64,000 nt of DNA from a phage: the sequence record PZ179883.1; one strand, given 5' to 3'. Position numbers and translations under genes: made by a program. The notes beneath the pieces were generated by a model. The model was not told the DNA's origin. It searched no databases and saw nothing but the letters and a program-made list of their open reading frames with translations. The stretch's first letter is position 1. Each line of letters begins with the position of its first letter. Of the stretch, positions 23,757 to 34,607 are shown one piece after another.

Positions 23757-23785
23757 ATGAACCTCGTTCAATTAGTGAGATTTCT

Positions 23786-23814
23786 ATTATATACTATCTA
23801 AATCTTAAAGTAAA
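23786..23814 (-). promoter_or_regulatory. early promoter for rnh
   Basis: Minus strand: GTTTACT, 17 nt, TATAAT; divergent from the gene 34 late promoter. Confidence 0.55.
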
Positions 23815-23818
23815 CAGG

Positions 23819-23826
23819 TATAAATA
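23819..23826 (+). promoter_or_regulatory. late promoter TATAAATA for gene 34
   Basis: Exact TATAAATA 35 nt upstream of the gene 34 ATG. Confidence 0.7.
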
Positions 23827-23860
23827 CTTATTATTGAAAACACAATAGGAGCCCGGGAGA

Positions 23861-26800
23861 ATGGCCGAGATTAAAAGAAAGTTCAGAGCAGAAGATGGTC
23901 TGGACGCAGGTGGCGATAAAATAATCAACGTAGCTTTAGCTGATCGTACCGTAGGAACTGACGGTGTTAACGTTGATTACTTAATTCAAGAAAACACAGT
24001 TCAGCAATATGATCCAACTCGTGGATATTTAAAAGATTTTGTAATCATTTATAATAATCGTTTTTGGGCAGCAACGGATAATATTCCAAAACCTGCTGGA
24101 AATTTTAATAGAATTCGTTGGAAAGCATTACGTACTGATGCCGTATATACAACTGTATCATCTGGACCATATCAATTAAAATCCGGAGAAGCAATTTCAG
24201 TAGATACATCAGTTGGCAATGACATTGAGTTTACTTTACCACCTTCTCCGCTTGATGGAGAAACCGTAATAATTCAAGATATCGGTGGAAAACCTGGCAT
24301 AAATCAGGTTAAAATAAATTCTTCAAATCAGAGTATTGTCAATTTTAGAGGTGAACAGGTACGTTCAGTTTTAATGACTCATCCAAAGTCACAGATGGTA
24401 TTCATTTTTAATAATCGTTTGTGGCAAATGTATATTGCTGATTATAGCAGAGAAGCTGCGATTGTTACTCCATCGACTGCATATCAAGCACAATCTAATG
24501 ATTTTATCGTGCGTAGATTTACTTCCGCTGCGCCGATTAATATTAAACTTCCGAGATTTGCTAATCATGGCGATATTATTAATTTCGTTGATTTAGATAA
24601 ATTAAATCCACTTTATCATACAATTGTCACGACATATGATGAAACAACTTCAGTACAAGAAGTTGGAACTCATTCTATTGAAGGCCGTACATCGATTGAC
24701 GGTTTCTTGATGTTTGACGATAATGAGAAATTGTGGAGATTGTTTGACGGGGATAGTAAAGCACGTTTACGCATTATAACAACTAATTCAAATATTCGTC
24801 CAAATGAAGAAGTCATGGTATTTGGCGCGAATAATGGAACAACCCAAACAATTGAACTTCAGCTTCCGACTGATATTTCTGTTGGTGATACTGTTAAAAT
24901 TTCCATGAATTACATGAGAAAAGGACAAACAGTTAAAATCAAAGCTGCTGGTGAAGATAAAATTGCTTCTTCAGTTCAATTGCTGCAATTCCCAAAACGC
25001 TCAGAATATCCACCTGAAGCTGAATGGGTGACTGTCCAAGAATTAGTTTTCAATGGTGAAACTAATTATGTTCCGGTTTTACAACTTGCTTATATAGAAG
25101 ATTCTGACGGAAAATACTGGGTTGTACAACAAAACGTTCCAACGGTTGAAAGAGTCGATTCTTTAAATAATTCTACTAGAGCAAGATTAGGCGTAATAGC
25201 TTTAGCTACACAAGCTCAAGCTAACGTCGATTTAGAAAATTCTCCGCAAAAAGAATTAGCAATTACACCAGAAACATTAGCTAACCGTACTGCTACAGAA
25301 ACTCGTAGAGGTATCGCAAGAATAGCAACTACTGCTCAAGTGAATCAGAACACCACATTCTCTTTTGCTGATGACCTTATCATCACTCCTAAAAAGCTGA
25401 ATGAAAGAACTGCTACAGAAACTCGTAGAGGTGTAGCTGAAATTGCTACGCAGCAGGAAACTAATACAGGTACTGATGATACTACAATCATCACTCCTAA
25501 AAAGCTTCAAGCTCGTCAAGGTTCTGAATCATTATCTGGTATTGTAACCTTTGTATCTACTGCAGGAGCTACTCCAGCTTCTAGTCGTGAATTAAATGGT
25601 ACAAATGTTTATAATAAAAACACTAATAATTTAGTTGTTTCGCCTAAAGCTTTGGATCAGTATAAAGCTACTCCAACGCAACAAGGTGCAGTAATTTTAG
25701 CAGTTGAAAGTGAAGTAATTGCTGGACAAAGCCAAGAAGGATGGGCAAATGCGGTTGTAACGCCAGAAACGTTACATAAAAAGACATCAACTGATGGAAG
25801 AATTGGTTTAATTGAAATTGCTACGCAAAGCGAAGTTAATACAGGAACTGATTATACTCGTGCAGTCACTCCTAAAACTTTAAATGGCCGTAAAGCAACT
25901 GAAAGTTTAACTGGTATAGCTGAAATTGCTACGCAAGTTGAATTCGACGCAGGCGTCGACGATACTCGTATCTCTACACCATTAAAAATTAAAACCAGAT
26001 TTAATAGTACTGATCGTACTTCTGTTGTTGCTCTATCTGGATTAGTTGAATCAGGAACTCTCTGGGACCATTATACCCTTAATATTCTTGAAGCAAATGA
26101 GACACAGCGTGGTACACTTCGTGTAGCTACACAAGTTGAAGCTGCTGCAGGAACATTGGATAATGTTCTAATAACTCCTAAAAAGCTTTTAGGTACTAAA
26201 TCTACTGAAGCGCAGGAAGGTGTTATTAAAGTTGCAACTCGGTCTGAAACTGTAGCTGGAACGTCAGCAAATACTGCTGTATCTCCAAAAAATTTAAAAT
26301 GGATTGTGCAGAGTGAACCTACTTGGGCAGCTACTACTGCGATAAGAGGTTTTGTTAAAACCTCATCTGGTTCAATTACGTTCGTTGGTAATGATACAGC
26401 GGGTTCTACGCAGGACTTAGAACTATATGAGAAAAATAACTATGCAGTATCACCATATGAATTAAACCGCGTATTAGCAAATTATTTGCCGTTAAAAGCA
26501 AAAGCTGTAGATAGTAATTTATTAGATGGTTTAGATTCACTCCAGTTCATTCGTAGGGATATTGCGCAGACGGTTAATGGTTCACTAACCTTAACACAGC
26601 AAACAAATCTGAGTGCCCCTCTTGTATCATCTAGTACTGCTACATTTGGTGGATCAGTTTCAGCAAATAGTACATTAACTATTTCTAATACTGGAACGGC
26701 AACTCGTCTGATTTTTGAGAAAGGACCTCAAACTGGAACAAACCCGGCTCAAACGATGACAGTCAGAGTGTGGGGAAATCAATTTAGTGGGGAGTCAGAC

Positions 26801-27730
26801 ACAACACGTTCTACTGTATTTGAAGTTAGTGATGAAACTTCTAGTCATTTTTATTCTCAGCGTAATAAAGCTGGTAATATAACATTTAATATCAACGGTA
26901 CAGTAACACCGATAAATGTGAATGCTTCAGGAACATTGAATGCGAATGGCGTTGCAACATTTGGTAATTCAGTCACTGCAACTGGTGAAATTATTTCTCG
27001 AAGCGCAAATGCTTTCCGTGCTATTAATGGAAATTACGGTTTCATTATTCGTAATGACGGGTCAGTAACGAATTTTATGCTTACTGCATCAGGCAATCAA
27101 ACTGGTGGATTTAATGGATTGCGTCCATTGTCCATTAATAATCAATCTGGGCAGGTCACAATTGGTGAAAGCTTGATCATTGCTAAAGGTGCTACTATAA
27201 ATTCAGGTGGTTTAACTGTTAACTCGAGAATTCGTTCTCAAGGTGTTAAAACATCTGATTTATATACCCGCGCTCCGACATCTGATACCGTAGGATTCTG
27301 GTCAATCGATATTAATGATTCAGCCACTTATAACCAGTTCCCGGGTTATTTTAAAATGGTTGAAAAAACTAATGAAGTTACTGGACTTCCATACTTAGAA
27401 CGTGGCGAAGAAGTTAAATCTCCTGGTACATTGACTCAGTTTGGTAACACACTTGATTCACTTTACCAAGATTGGATTACTTATCCAACGACTCCAGAAG
27501 CACGTACCACTCGCTGGACACGTACATGGCAAAAAACTAAAAACTCTTGGTCAAGTTTTGTTCAGGTATTTGACGGAGGTAACCCTCCTCAACCTTCAGA
27601 TATAGGAGCGATCCCATCTGATAATGGAATAATAGGTAATCTTACTATTCGTGATTTCTTACGAATTGGTAATGTTCGCATTATTCCTGACCCAGTGAAT
27701 AAAACTGTTAAATTTGAATGGGTTGAATAA
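23861..27730 (+). CDS. 34: long tail fibre proximal subunit gp34
   Basis: 1289-aa ORF (same length as T4 gp34) with repeated ~40-aa ITPKKL...ATE...IATQ units; late promoter upstream. Confidence 0.92.
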   Translation: MAEIKRKFRAEDGLDAGGDKIINVALADRTVGTDGVNVDYLIQENTVQQYDPTRGYLKDFVIIYNNRFWAATDNIPKPAGNFNRIRWKALRTDAVYTTVSSGPYQLKSGEAISVDTSVGNDIEFTLPPSPLDGETVIIQDIGGKPGINQVKINSSNQSIVNFRGEQVRSVLMTHPKSQMVFIFNNRLWQMYIADYSREAAIVTPSTAYQAQSNDFIVRRFTSAAPINIKLPRFANHGDIINFVDLDKLNPLYHTIVTTYDETTSVQEVGTHSIEGRTSIDGFLMFDDNEKLWRLFDGDSKARLRIITTNSNIRPNEEVMVFGANNGTTQTIELQLPTDISVGDTVKISMNYMRKGQTVKIKAAGEDKIASSVQLLQFPKRSEYPPEAEWVTVQELVFNGETNYVPVLQLAYIEDSDGKYWVVQQNVPTVERVDSLNNSTRARLGVIALATQAQANVDLENSPQKELAITPETLANRTATETRRGIARIATTAQVNQNTTFSFADDLIITPKKLNERTATETRRGVAEIATQQETNTGTDDTTIITPKKLQARQGSESLSGIVTFVSTAGATPASSRELNGTNVYNKNTNNLVVSPKALDQYKATPTQQGAVILAVESEVIAGQSQEGWANAVVTPETLHKKTSTDGRIGLIEIATQSEVNTGTDYTRAVTPKTLNGRKATESLTGIAEIATQVEFDAGVDDTRISTPLKIKTRFNSTDRTSVVALSGLVESGTLWDHYTLNILEANETQRGTLRVATQVEAAAGTLDNVLITPKKLLGTKSTEAQEGVIKVATRSETVAGTSANTAVSPKNLKWIVQSEPTWAATTAIRGFVKTSSGSITFVGNDTAGSTQDLELYEKNNYAVSPYELNRVLANYLPLKAKAVDSNLLDGLDSLQFIRRDIAQTVNGSLTLTQQTNLSAPLVSSSTATFGGSVSANSTLTISNTGTATRLIFEKGPQTGTNPAQTMTVRVWGNQFSGESDTTRSTVFEVSDETSSHFYSQRNKAGNITFNINGTVTPINVNASGTLNANGVATFGNSVTATGEIISRSANAFRAINGNYGFIIRNDGSVTNFMLTASGNQTGGFNGLRPLSINNQSGQVTIGESLIIAKGATINSGGLTVNSRIRSQGVKTSDLYTRAPTSDTVGFWSIDINDSATYNQFPGYFKMVEKTNEVTGLPYLERGEEVKSPGTLTQFGNTLDSLYQDWITYPTTPEARTTRWTRTWQKTKNSWSSFVQVFDGGNPPQPSDIGAIPSDNGIIGNLTIRDFLRIGNVRIIPDPVNKTVKFEWVE
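25289..25432 (+). repeat. in-frame direct repeats inside gene 34
   Basis: Identical 24-mer ACTGCTACAGAAACTCGTAGAGGT at 25289 and 25409; identical 20-mer ATCATCACTCCTAAAAAGCT at 25379 and 25487. Confidence 0.7.
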
Positions 27731-27738
27731 GAGGTATT

Positions 27739-28854
27739 ATGGAAAAATTTATGGCAGAGTTTGGACAAGGATATGTCCAAACGCCATTTTTATCGGAAAG
27801 CAATTCAGTAAGATATAAAATAAGCATAGCGGGCTCTTGCCCGCTTTCTACTGCAGGGCCATATGTTAAATTTCAGGATAATCCCGTTGGAAATCAAACA
27901 TTTAGTGCAGGTCTTCATTTAAGAGTTTTTGACCCTTCTACGGGAGCATTAGTTGATAGTAAGTCATATGCTTTTTCTGCTTCAAACAATACAACATCTG
28001 CCGCTTTTGTCAGTTTTATGAATTCTTTGTCAAACAATAGACTTGTTGCTATATTAACTAGCGGAAAGGTTAATTTTCCTCCTGAAGTGGTATCTTGGTT
28101 AAGGGGAGCAGGAACTTCAGTTTTTCCATCAGATTCAGTATTGTCAAGATTTGACGTATCATATGCTGCTTTTTATACTTCTTCTAAAAGAGCTATTGCA
28201 TTAGAGCATGTTAAACTAAGTAATAGAAAAAGCACAGATGATTATCAAACTATTTTAGATGTTGTATTTGATAGTTTAGAAGACGTCGGAGCTACGGGAT
28301 TTCCTAAAAGAACATATGAAAGTGTCGAGCAATTTATGTCAGCGGTTGGTGGAACTAATAACGAAATTGCGCGATTGCCAACTTCAGCTGCTATAAGTAA
28401 ACTTTCTGACTATAATTTAATTCCTGGTGATGTTCTTTATCTTAAAGCACAGTTATATGCTGATGCTGATTTACTTGATCTTGGAACTACAAACATATCC
28501 ATTCGTTTTTATGATGCATCAAATGGATATATTTCCTCTACCCAAGCTGAGTTTACTGGGCAAGCTGGGTCTTGGGAATTAAAGGAAGATTATGTAGTTG
28601 TTCCTGAAAATGCAGTCGGATTTACTATATATGCGCAGAGAACTGCTCAAGCTGGTCAAGGCGGAATGAGGAATTTAAGCTTTTCTGAAGTATCAAGAAA
28701 TGGCGGCATTTCAAAACCTGCCGAATTTGGCGTCAATGGTATTCGTGTTAATTATGTCTGTGAATCGGCTTCACCTCCAGATATAATGGTACTTCCTACA
28801 CAAGCCTCTTCTAAAACTGGCAAAGTGTTTGGGCAAGAATTTAGAGAAGTTTAA
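27739..28854 (+). CDS. 35: long tail fibre hinge protein gp35
   Basis: 371-aa ORF immediately after gene 34. Confidence 0.88.
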   Translation: MEKFMAEFGQGYVQTPFLSESNSVRYKISIAGSCPLSTAGPYVKFQDNPVGNQTFSAGLHLRVFDPSTGALVDSKSYAFSASNNTTSAAFVSFMNSLSNNRLVAILTSGKVNFPPEVVSWLRGAGTSVFPSDSVLSRFDVSYAAFYTSSKRAIALEHVKLSNRKSTDDYQTILDVVFDSLEDVGATGFPKRTYESVEQFMSAVGGTNNEIARLPTSAAISKLSDYNLIPGDVLYLKAQLYADADLLDLGTTNISIRFYDASNGYISSTQAEFTGQAGSWELKEDYVVVPENAVGFTIYAQRTAQAGQGGMRNLSFSEVSRNGGISKPAEFGVNGIRVNYVCESASPPDIMVLPTQASSKTGKVFGQEFREV

Positions 28855-28859
28855 ACTGA

Positions 28860-28886
28860 GGGAGCCTTCGGGTTCCCTTTTTCTTT
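28860..28886 (+). terminator. rho-independent terminator between genes 35 and 36
   Basis: Plus strand GGGAGCC-UUCG-GGUUCCC followed by UUUUUCUUU. Confidence 0.6.
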
Positions 28887-28893
28887 ATAAATA
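28886..28893 (+). promoter_or_regulatory. late promoter TATAAATA for gene 36
   Basis: Exact TATAAATA 24 nt upstream of the gene 36 ATG, after the 35-36 terminator hairpin. Confidence 0.7.
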
Positions 28894-28916
28894 ATATTAA
28901 AATAAAGGGGCATATA

Positions 28917-29567
28917 ATGGCTGATTTAAAAGTAGGTTCAACTGTGGGTGGATCTGTCATTTGGCATCAAGGAAATTTTCCATTGAATTCAGCCGGTGAC
29001 GATGTACTCTACAAATCATTTAAAATATATTCAGAATATAATAAACCGCAGGCAGCTGATAACGATTTCGTTTCTAAAGCTAATGGTGGTACTTACACCG
29101 GTCCAATTACTATTAATTACGGGGTAAATAGTTATCTTCAATTAAGTAATAATGAAACCCCTATCCGAATTCGTTCTGGTGGCGGCACCGGTAATACTCT
29201 TGTAATTGGTGGATCTTCTGGTGGTATTAGTTTTAGACCTGCAGGTAGTGAAATCACTACTGGACAAATTACTATTACGCCAGAAGGTTTGACAACATTC
29301 ACCAAAGCTGTAAAGGCTCCATCTGTAACTGTTACATCTAATCCTTCCGCAGCATCAGATGCTACTCGTAAAGATTATGTTGATGGAGCAATAAATACTG
29401 TTACAGCAAATGCAAACTCTAGAGTGTTACGATCTGGTGACACCATGACAGGAAATTTAACTGCGCCAAACCTTTTTTCACAGAATCCTGCATCTCAACC
29501 TTCACACGTTCCACGATTTGACCAAATCGTAATTAAGGATTCTGTTCAAGATTTCGGCTATTATTAA
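28917..29567 (+). CDS. 36: long tail fibre distal connector gp36
   Basis: 216-aa ORF with its own TATAAATA late promoter. Confidence 0.88.
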   Translation: MADLKVGSTVGGSVIWHQGNFPLNSAGDDVLYKSFKIYSEYNKPQAADNDFVSKANGGTYTGPITINYGVNSYLQLSNNETPIRIRSGGGTGNTLVIGGSSGGISFRPAGSEITTGQITITPEGLTTFTKAVKAPSVTVTSNPSAASDATRKDYVDGAINTVTANANSRVLRSGDTMTGNLTAPNLFSQNPASQPSHVPRFDQIVIKDSVQDFGYY

Positions 29568-29575
29568 GAGGACTT

Positions 29576-32500
29576 ATGGCTACTTTAAAACAAATACAAT
29601 TTAAAAGAAGCAAAACCGCAGGTCAACTTCCTGCTGCTTCAGTATTAGCCGAAGGTGAATTGGCTATTAATTTAAAAGATAAAACAATTTTCACAAAAGA
29701 TGACTCAGGCAATGTTATAGAATTAGGTTTAAAATATGGAGGAACAATTGATGGTTCTTTAACTGTTAATGGAAATATAATTGGAAATTTAACAGGTAAC
29801 GCTGCAACTGCAACGAAATTAAAAACAGCACGAAAAATTAATGGTATATCATTTGATGGGTCAAAAGATATCACGCTAACTCCATCTGACATAAATGTCA
29901 ATAGCACAACGTTTATAAAAAATAACGGCGAATTACCGGTTGATGCTAATTTAGATGAGTATGGGCCCATTGAAGAATATCTTGGTGTTTGGTCGAAATC
30001 TACTTCAACAAATGCGCAACCGGCAAATAAATTCCCAGAAGAAAATGCCGTAGGTGTACTAGAAGTATTTGTGGCCGGTCAATTTGCTGGTACTCAGAGA
30101 TATACTGTAAGATCTGGTAACGTATATGTTCGATCTTTGTCTGCTAAATGGAACGGTGTTAACGGTCCGTGGGGAGTTTGGCGTAATGTTCAAGCGTCAA
30201 CTCGTCCACTTTCACAAACGATTGACCTTGATAGCTTGGGAGAATTAGAACATTGTGGCTTATGGCGAAACAGTTCAAGCGCAATCGCATCATTTGATCG
30301 CCATTATCCAGAAGAAGGATCAGCCGCACAAGGATTTTTAGAAATATTTGAAGGTGGTTTATACGCGAGAACTCAGCGTTATACAACTAGATCTGGTGTT
30401 GTTTATACTCGCTGTCTTGCTGCTGCATGGGATGCTTCTGCGCCTAAATGGGGACCGTGGCAACAAGTCGGTAATGTCACACCGGCGACTTTCTATGACG
30501 GAGACCTGAATGATTTTAAAGCTCCTGGGTTATATAACATTTTAGGCACTGACGCAGTTACTAACCGTCCAGTTGCAGAAGGCGTTCCGGTTGAGATGAC
30601 CGGATTGCTTGAGGTTAAACAGCGTGCTTCCGGTGGCGCTATTTTCCAACGTTTCACTACCGCAGGAACGGGTGCAACTACGCGATCTCGCGTGTTTGAA
30701 CGTGCAATGACAAATAATATCTGGGGAAATTGGTACGAAGTATATACGTCCTATTCTATGCCAATTACTTTGGGTATGGGTGGTATTAAAACTCAATTAG
30801 CGGAGCTAGATTGGCAAACATTTGATTTTGTTCCTGGTAGTATGTTTAGCGTTCCTTTGAACAAAATAAAGAACATGCCAGCTAATATGGATTGGGGTAC
30901 GATTGACGGAAACTTAATTATGTTTTCTGTTGGTCCTAGCGAGCACACCAGCACAGGACGTACTGTTCAGGTTTGGCGTGGTACTGTATCCCAGACAAAC
31001 TACCGTTATTTTGTCGTTCGTGTATTCGGTAATTCAGGAAATAGAACTTGCACAGTTCGACGCGTTGTTCTTGAAGATGGTCGCCACAAATGGACAGCGC
31101 AACAAGATTTTAATGGTGCAGTTAACTTCGGTGCTCCTACCAATTTTAACTCTACTGTTAACCTTAATAACACTACCACATTTAAAACAGAAGTTAAATT
31201 CCGCTCATCTAATGCATTCCGTATGTATGGCGGAAAATTTGGTACAATTTTCCGTAATGATGGAGAGAGTCTTTATATTCTTTCTACCGACGAAGATGAC
31301 CAAGATGGAAACTTTAATACAAATAGACCTTTCCGTTATGAATTAAGAACTGGCGATGTTACTTTAGGTGGTGCTAGTGGTGCTAACGTTTTAAAATTAG
31401 AACGTAGTTCGCTTGCTGCCACCTTTGGTGGTGATGTTAACTTAAATAAAGGTACACTGACGTTTGAAGCTGGTCGCTTAAACTCCCGCGATTATTTTAA
31501 ATTTAACCATTGGGGTGATAGTAATAATGCTCGTGATAACATCATCCAGTTAGAAGATAGTCAAGGCGCCCATTTTTCCACTGAACGTACTTTAGCGACA
31601 GGTGCAATTAAAACTCGTTTCTTTGGCGAAACATTCACTGATGGTACATTATACCTAAATCAGATGAATAATAGCTCTGAACGATTCTCTATTAATAATT
31701 GGGGAAATTCAGAAGTTGGTCGCGCGGCAGTGATGGAAGTCAGTGATTCCAAAGGTTATCACTTCTATACGGAACGCAGGACAGATAACAGTTTGAATTT
31801 TGATGTTGCTGGCAATTTTACTGCGCATGGACCTTCCGGAATAACCATCAAAAACTCAACTGGTGCACGACATATCTGGTTTAGAGATGATAGCGATGCA
31901 GAAAAGGCTGCTATCTGGGCTACAGATGAGGGTATTTTACATATTCGCAATAATCATGGGGGTTCATTTAGTCATCACTTCCAGGGTGCAATGATTCTAG
32001 CGGGAGAGCGTGTTCCATATAATGGTGAATACGCTCTTATCCGTGGTAATATTTCCGGTGGTGCATGGGTAGACTGGCGAGATCGTCCGGCTGGATTGTT
32101 GGTAGACTGTCAGGACTCACGAAATCAAGCATATAACATTTGGAAAGCTACTCATTGGGGCGAACAGCACCTTGCGGCGATGGGTGTTCATGCTGGCGGT
32201 GGTAATCCTCATGTTGTATTGCATGTGGGTGGGAATGATTATGCATTTGCATCTAACGGTGATTTTACTGCTGGTGCTGCTGTATATTGTAACGACGTTT
32301 ATATTCGTTCTGACCGTCGTCTGAAAATTAATGTTGAAGACTACGAAGAAAATGCGGTGGATAAGGTAAATAAACTCAAAGTTAAAACCTATGATAAAGT
32401 TAAATCTCTTTCTGACCGCGAAGTTATCGGCCATGAGATTGGTATTATCGCACAGGATTTGCAAGAAGTATTACCGGAAGCTGTTAGCACTTCTAGTGTC

Positions 32501-32662
32501 GGATCTCAGGATAACCCAGAAGAAATTTTAACAATTTCAAACTCTGCTGTGAACGCGCTTTTAATTAAGGCCATTCAGGAAATGAGCGAAGAAATTAAAG
32601 AATTGAAAACGCCTCTCTTTACTAAAATTGCTCGCAAAATTAGTAAATATTTTAAATTCTAA
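29576..32662 (+). CDS. 37: long tail fibre distal subunit gp37 with C-terminal intramolecular-chaperone-like domain
   Basis: 1028-aa ORF; last ~117 aa (from [14 protein letters not shown]...) resemble the self-cleaving chaperone domain of T5 L-shaped fibre and endosialidases. Confidence 0.88.
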   Translation: MATLKQIQFKRSKTAGQLPAASVLAEGELAINLKDKTIFTKDDSGNVIELGLKYGGTIDGSLTVNGNIIGNLTGNAATATKLKTARKINGISFDGSKDITLTPSDINVNSTTFIKNNGELPVDANLDEYGPIEEYLGVWSKSTSTNAQPANKFPEENAVGVLEVFVAGQFAGTQRYTVRSGNVYVRSLSAKWNGVNGPWGVWRNVQASTRPLSQTIDLDSLGELEHCGLWRNSSSAIASFDRHYPEEGSAAQGFLEIFEGGLYARTQRYTTRSGVVYTRCLAAAWDASAPKWGPWQQVGNVTPATFYDGDLNDFKAPGLYNILGTDAVTNRPVAEGVPVEMTGLLEVKQRASGGAIFQRFTTAGTGATTRSRVFERAMTNNIWGNWYEVYTSYSMPITLGMGGIKTQLAELDWQTFDFVPGSMFSVPLNKIKNMPANMDWGTIDGNLIMFSVGPSEHTSTGRTVQVWRGTVSQTNYRYFVVRVFGNSGNRTCTVRRVVLEDGRHKWTAQQDFNGAVNFGAPTNFNSTVNLNNTTTFKTEVKFRSSNAFRMYGGKFGTIFRNDGESLYILSTDEDDQDGNFNTNRPFRYELRTGDVTLGGASGANVLKLERSSLAATFGGDVNLNKGTLTFEAGRLNSRDYFKFNHWGDSNNARDNIIQLEDSQGAHFSTERTLATGAIKTRFFGETFTDGTLYLNQMNNSSERFSINNWGNSEVGRAAVMEVSDSKGYHFYTERRTDNSLNFDVAGNFTAHGPSGITIKNSTGARHIWFRDDSDAEKAAIWATDEGILHIRNNHGGSFSHHFQGAMILAGERVPYNGEYALIRGNISGGAWVDWRDRPAGLLVDCQDSRNQAYNIWKATHWGEQHLAAMGVHAGGGNPHVVLHVGGNDYAFASNGDFTAGAAVYCNDVYIRSDRRLKINVEDYEENAVDKVNKLKVKTYDKVKSLSDREVIGHEIGIIAQDLQEVLPEAVSTSSVGSQDNPEEILTISNSAVNALLIKAIQEMSEEIKELKTPLFTKIARKISKYFKF

Positions 32663-32668
32663 CAACAA

Positions 32669-32686
32669 GGGGGAAATGCCCCCTTT
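32669..32686 (+). terminator. hairpin after gene 37 (weak terminator or mRNA-stabilising stem)
   Basis: GGGGG-AAAUG-CCCCC followed by only UUU; 6 nt after the gene 37 stop. Confidence 0.35.
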
Positions 32687-32698
32687 GGAGTATAAATT

Positions 32699-33481
32699 AT
32701 GGCAGTAGTTGGAGTTCCTGGCTGGATTGGAAGTTCAGCCGTAAATGAAACGGGCCAGCGCTGGATGAGTCAAGCAGCTGGTCAATTAAGATTGGGTGTT
32801 CCTTGCTGGATGAGTCAATTTGCAGGTCGCTCAAGAGAAATTATTCATACACTTGGAGCAGACCATAACTTCAACGGTCAATGGTTCCGAGATAGGTGTT
32901 TTGAGGCAGGTAGTACACCTATAGTGTTTAATATCACTGGAGATTTAGTATCATATTCTAAAGATGTTCCTTTATTCTTCATGTACGGAGATACACCGAA
33001 TGAATATGTTCAACTGAATATACACGGTGTAACGATGTATGGCCGTGGCGGGAATGGCGGTAGCAATAGTCCTGGCTCAGCTGGGGGTCATTGTATTCAA
33101 AATGATATTGGTGGGAGACTAAGAATTAATAATGGCGGAGCTATTGCTGGCGGCGGTGGCGGCGGCGGTGGCGGATATTATTCTCCTTTTTCACAAATGA
33201 GATTGACCTTTGGCGGTGGCGGCGGTCGTCCGTTTGGCGCTCCGGGCGGATCTATTGATATGCAATCAGGAGCAACTGCTGGTACTATTTCTGCGCCAGG
33301 CGCAGGGTCTGTGAACGGTATCTATAACGGCGGGTCTGGTGGTGAAGTTGGATCCGCAGGGGGTAGATGTAATATTCGTGGTCAAGGATATGAATACGAT
33401 GGCGGTGCTGCTGGTTATGCCGTCATAGGGTCTACACCGACATGGCAAAACGTTGGAGCAATATATGGTCCAAGAGTATAA
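32699..33481 (+). CDS. 38: gp38 receptor-recognising adhesin (T2/T6 type)
   Basis: 260-aa ORF with poly-glycine motifs ([16 protein letters not shown]) flanking variable segments; T4 gp38 is a 183-aa chaperone instead. Confidence 0.82.
   Translation: MAVVGVPGWIGSSAVNETGQRWMSQAAGQLRLGVPCWMSQFAGRSREIIHTLGADHNFNGQWFRDRCFEAGSTPIVFNITGDLVSYSKDVPLFFMYGDTPNEYVQLNIHGVTMYGRGGNGGSNSPGSAGGHCIQNDIGGRLRINNGGAIAGGGGGGGGGYYSPFSQMRLTFGGGGGRPFGAPGGSIDMQSGATAGTISAPGAGSVNGIYNGGSGGEVGSAGGRCNIRGQGYEYDGGAAGYAVIGSTPTWQNVGAIYGPRV
33149..33226 (+). repeat. GGC/GGT glycine-codon simple repeats in gene 38
   Basis: GGCGGCGGTGGCGGCGGCGGTGGCGGA at 33149..33175 and GGCGGTGGCGGCGGT at 33212..33226. Confidence 0.7.
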
Positions 33482-33512
33482 TTTTGAATAAATATCCTTA
33501 AAAGGAGGGTCT

Positions 33513-34169
33513 ATGGCAGCACCTAGAATATCATTTTCGCCCTCTGATATTCTGTTGGGTGTTCTAGATCGCTTGTTCAAAGATAACGCTACCGGGAATG
33601 TTCTTGCTTCCCGGGTAGCTGTCGTAATTCTTTTATTTATGATGGCGATTGTTTGGTATAGGGGAGATAGTTTCTTTGAGTACTATAAGCAATCAAAGTA
33701 TGAAACATACAGTGAAATTATTGAAAAGGAAAGAAATGCACGCTTTGAATCTGTCGCCCTGGAACAACTCCAGATAGTTCACATATCATCTGAGGCAGAC
33801 TTTAGTGCGGTGTATTCTTTCCGCCCTAAAAACTTAAACTATTTTGTTGATATTATAGCATATGAAGGAAAATTACCTTCAACAATAAGTGAAAAATCAC
33901 TTGGAGGATATCCTGTTGATAAAACTATGGATGAATATGCAGTTCATTTAAATGGACGTCATTATTATTCCGACTCAAAATTTGCTTTTTTACCAACTAA
34001 AAAGCCTACTCCCGAAATAAATTACATGTACAGTTGTCCATATTTCAATTTGGATAATATCTATGCTGGAACAATAACCATGTACTGGTATAGAAATGAT
34101 CATATAAGTAATGACCGCCTTGAATCAATATGTGCTCAGGCGGCCAGAATATTAGGAAGGGCTAAATAA
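33513..34169 (+). CDS. t: holin T
   Basis: 218-aa ORF MAAPRISFSPSDILLGVLDRLFKD... with one N-proximal transmembrane helix and a large periplasmic domain; matches T4 T. Confidence 0.9.
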   Translation: MAAPRISFSPSDILLGVLDRLFKDNATGNVLASRVAVVILLFMMAIVWYRGDSFFEYYKQSKYETYSEIIEKERNARFESVALEQLQIVHISSEADFSAVYSFRPKNLNYFVDIIAYEGKLPSTISEKSLGGYPVDKTMDEYAVHLNGRHYYSDSKFAFLPTKKPTPEINYMYSCPYFNLDNIYAGTITMYWYRNDHISNDRLESICAQAARILGRAK

Positions 34170-34442
34170 TTATTTGTTCGTATACATCTCTAGATATCGA
34201 TATACACCCTCAAAACCCTCGTTGAATTCGTCGATGAGGGTTTTCTTATCTTCTTGAGTTAATTCAGAAACAATTTTGCGGAATGAATTCTGATTTAACT
34301 TTCTACCTTCATGTGTTACTCCAATCTCATTCAGAAATGCAATAAAATTAGCACGATTTTCAACAATATCTTCTCTGGAAAATTTAATCAAAATAGACGC
34401 AACAGTAATAATTTCACGAACTGTATCAATGTTTTTATTCAT
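34170..34442 (-). CDS. asiA: anti-sigma-70 factor AsiA
   Basis: 90-aa ORF MNKNIDTVREIITVASILIKFSREDIVENRANF... matches T4 AsiA. Confidence 0.9.
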   Translation of the reverse strand: MNKNIDTVREIITVASILIKFSREDIVENRANFIAFLNEIGVTHEGRKLNQNSFRKIVSELTQEDKKTLIDEFNEGFEGVYRYLEMYTNK

Positions 34443-34454
34443 TAACTATACCAC

Positions 34455-34607
34455 TCAATTAGTTGACTTTACTATAATATCATCAGACGCTTGATTTGTA
34501 AACTGGTCTGTGTTATTTTCTTCAAAAATTTTTTCTACGAATTCTTTGAACGACTCACGTTCCTGAGCTACATTATGCTCGATTACCTTTTCAAGATTAT
34601 GACTCAT
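34455..34607 (-). CDS. small hypothetical protein
   Basis: 50-aa ORF (MSHNLEKVIEHNVAQERESF...) not in the supplied track; ATG overlaps the arn stop (ATGA). Confidence 0.35.
   Translation of the reverse strand: MSHNLEKVIEHNVAQERESFKEFVEKIFEENNTDQFTNQASDDIIVKSTN

Noticed and set aside
25277-25519. 80-aa minus-strand ORF inside gene 34
   Set aside because: Lies antisense within the repeat region of a well-supported 1289-aa tail-fibre gene and is Ser/Cys-rich and low in complexity; a shadow ORF.
32691-32698. TATAAATT as a late promoter for gene 38
   Set aside because: It is one mismatch from TATAAATA and overlaps the gene 38 start codon, so a transcript starting there could not include the gene 38 RBS; gene 38 is more likely read through from the gene 36 promoter.
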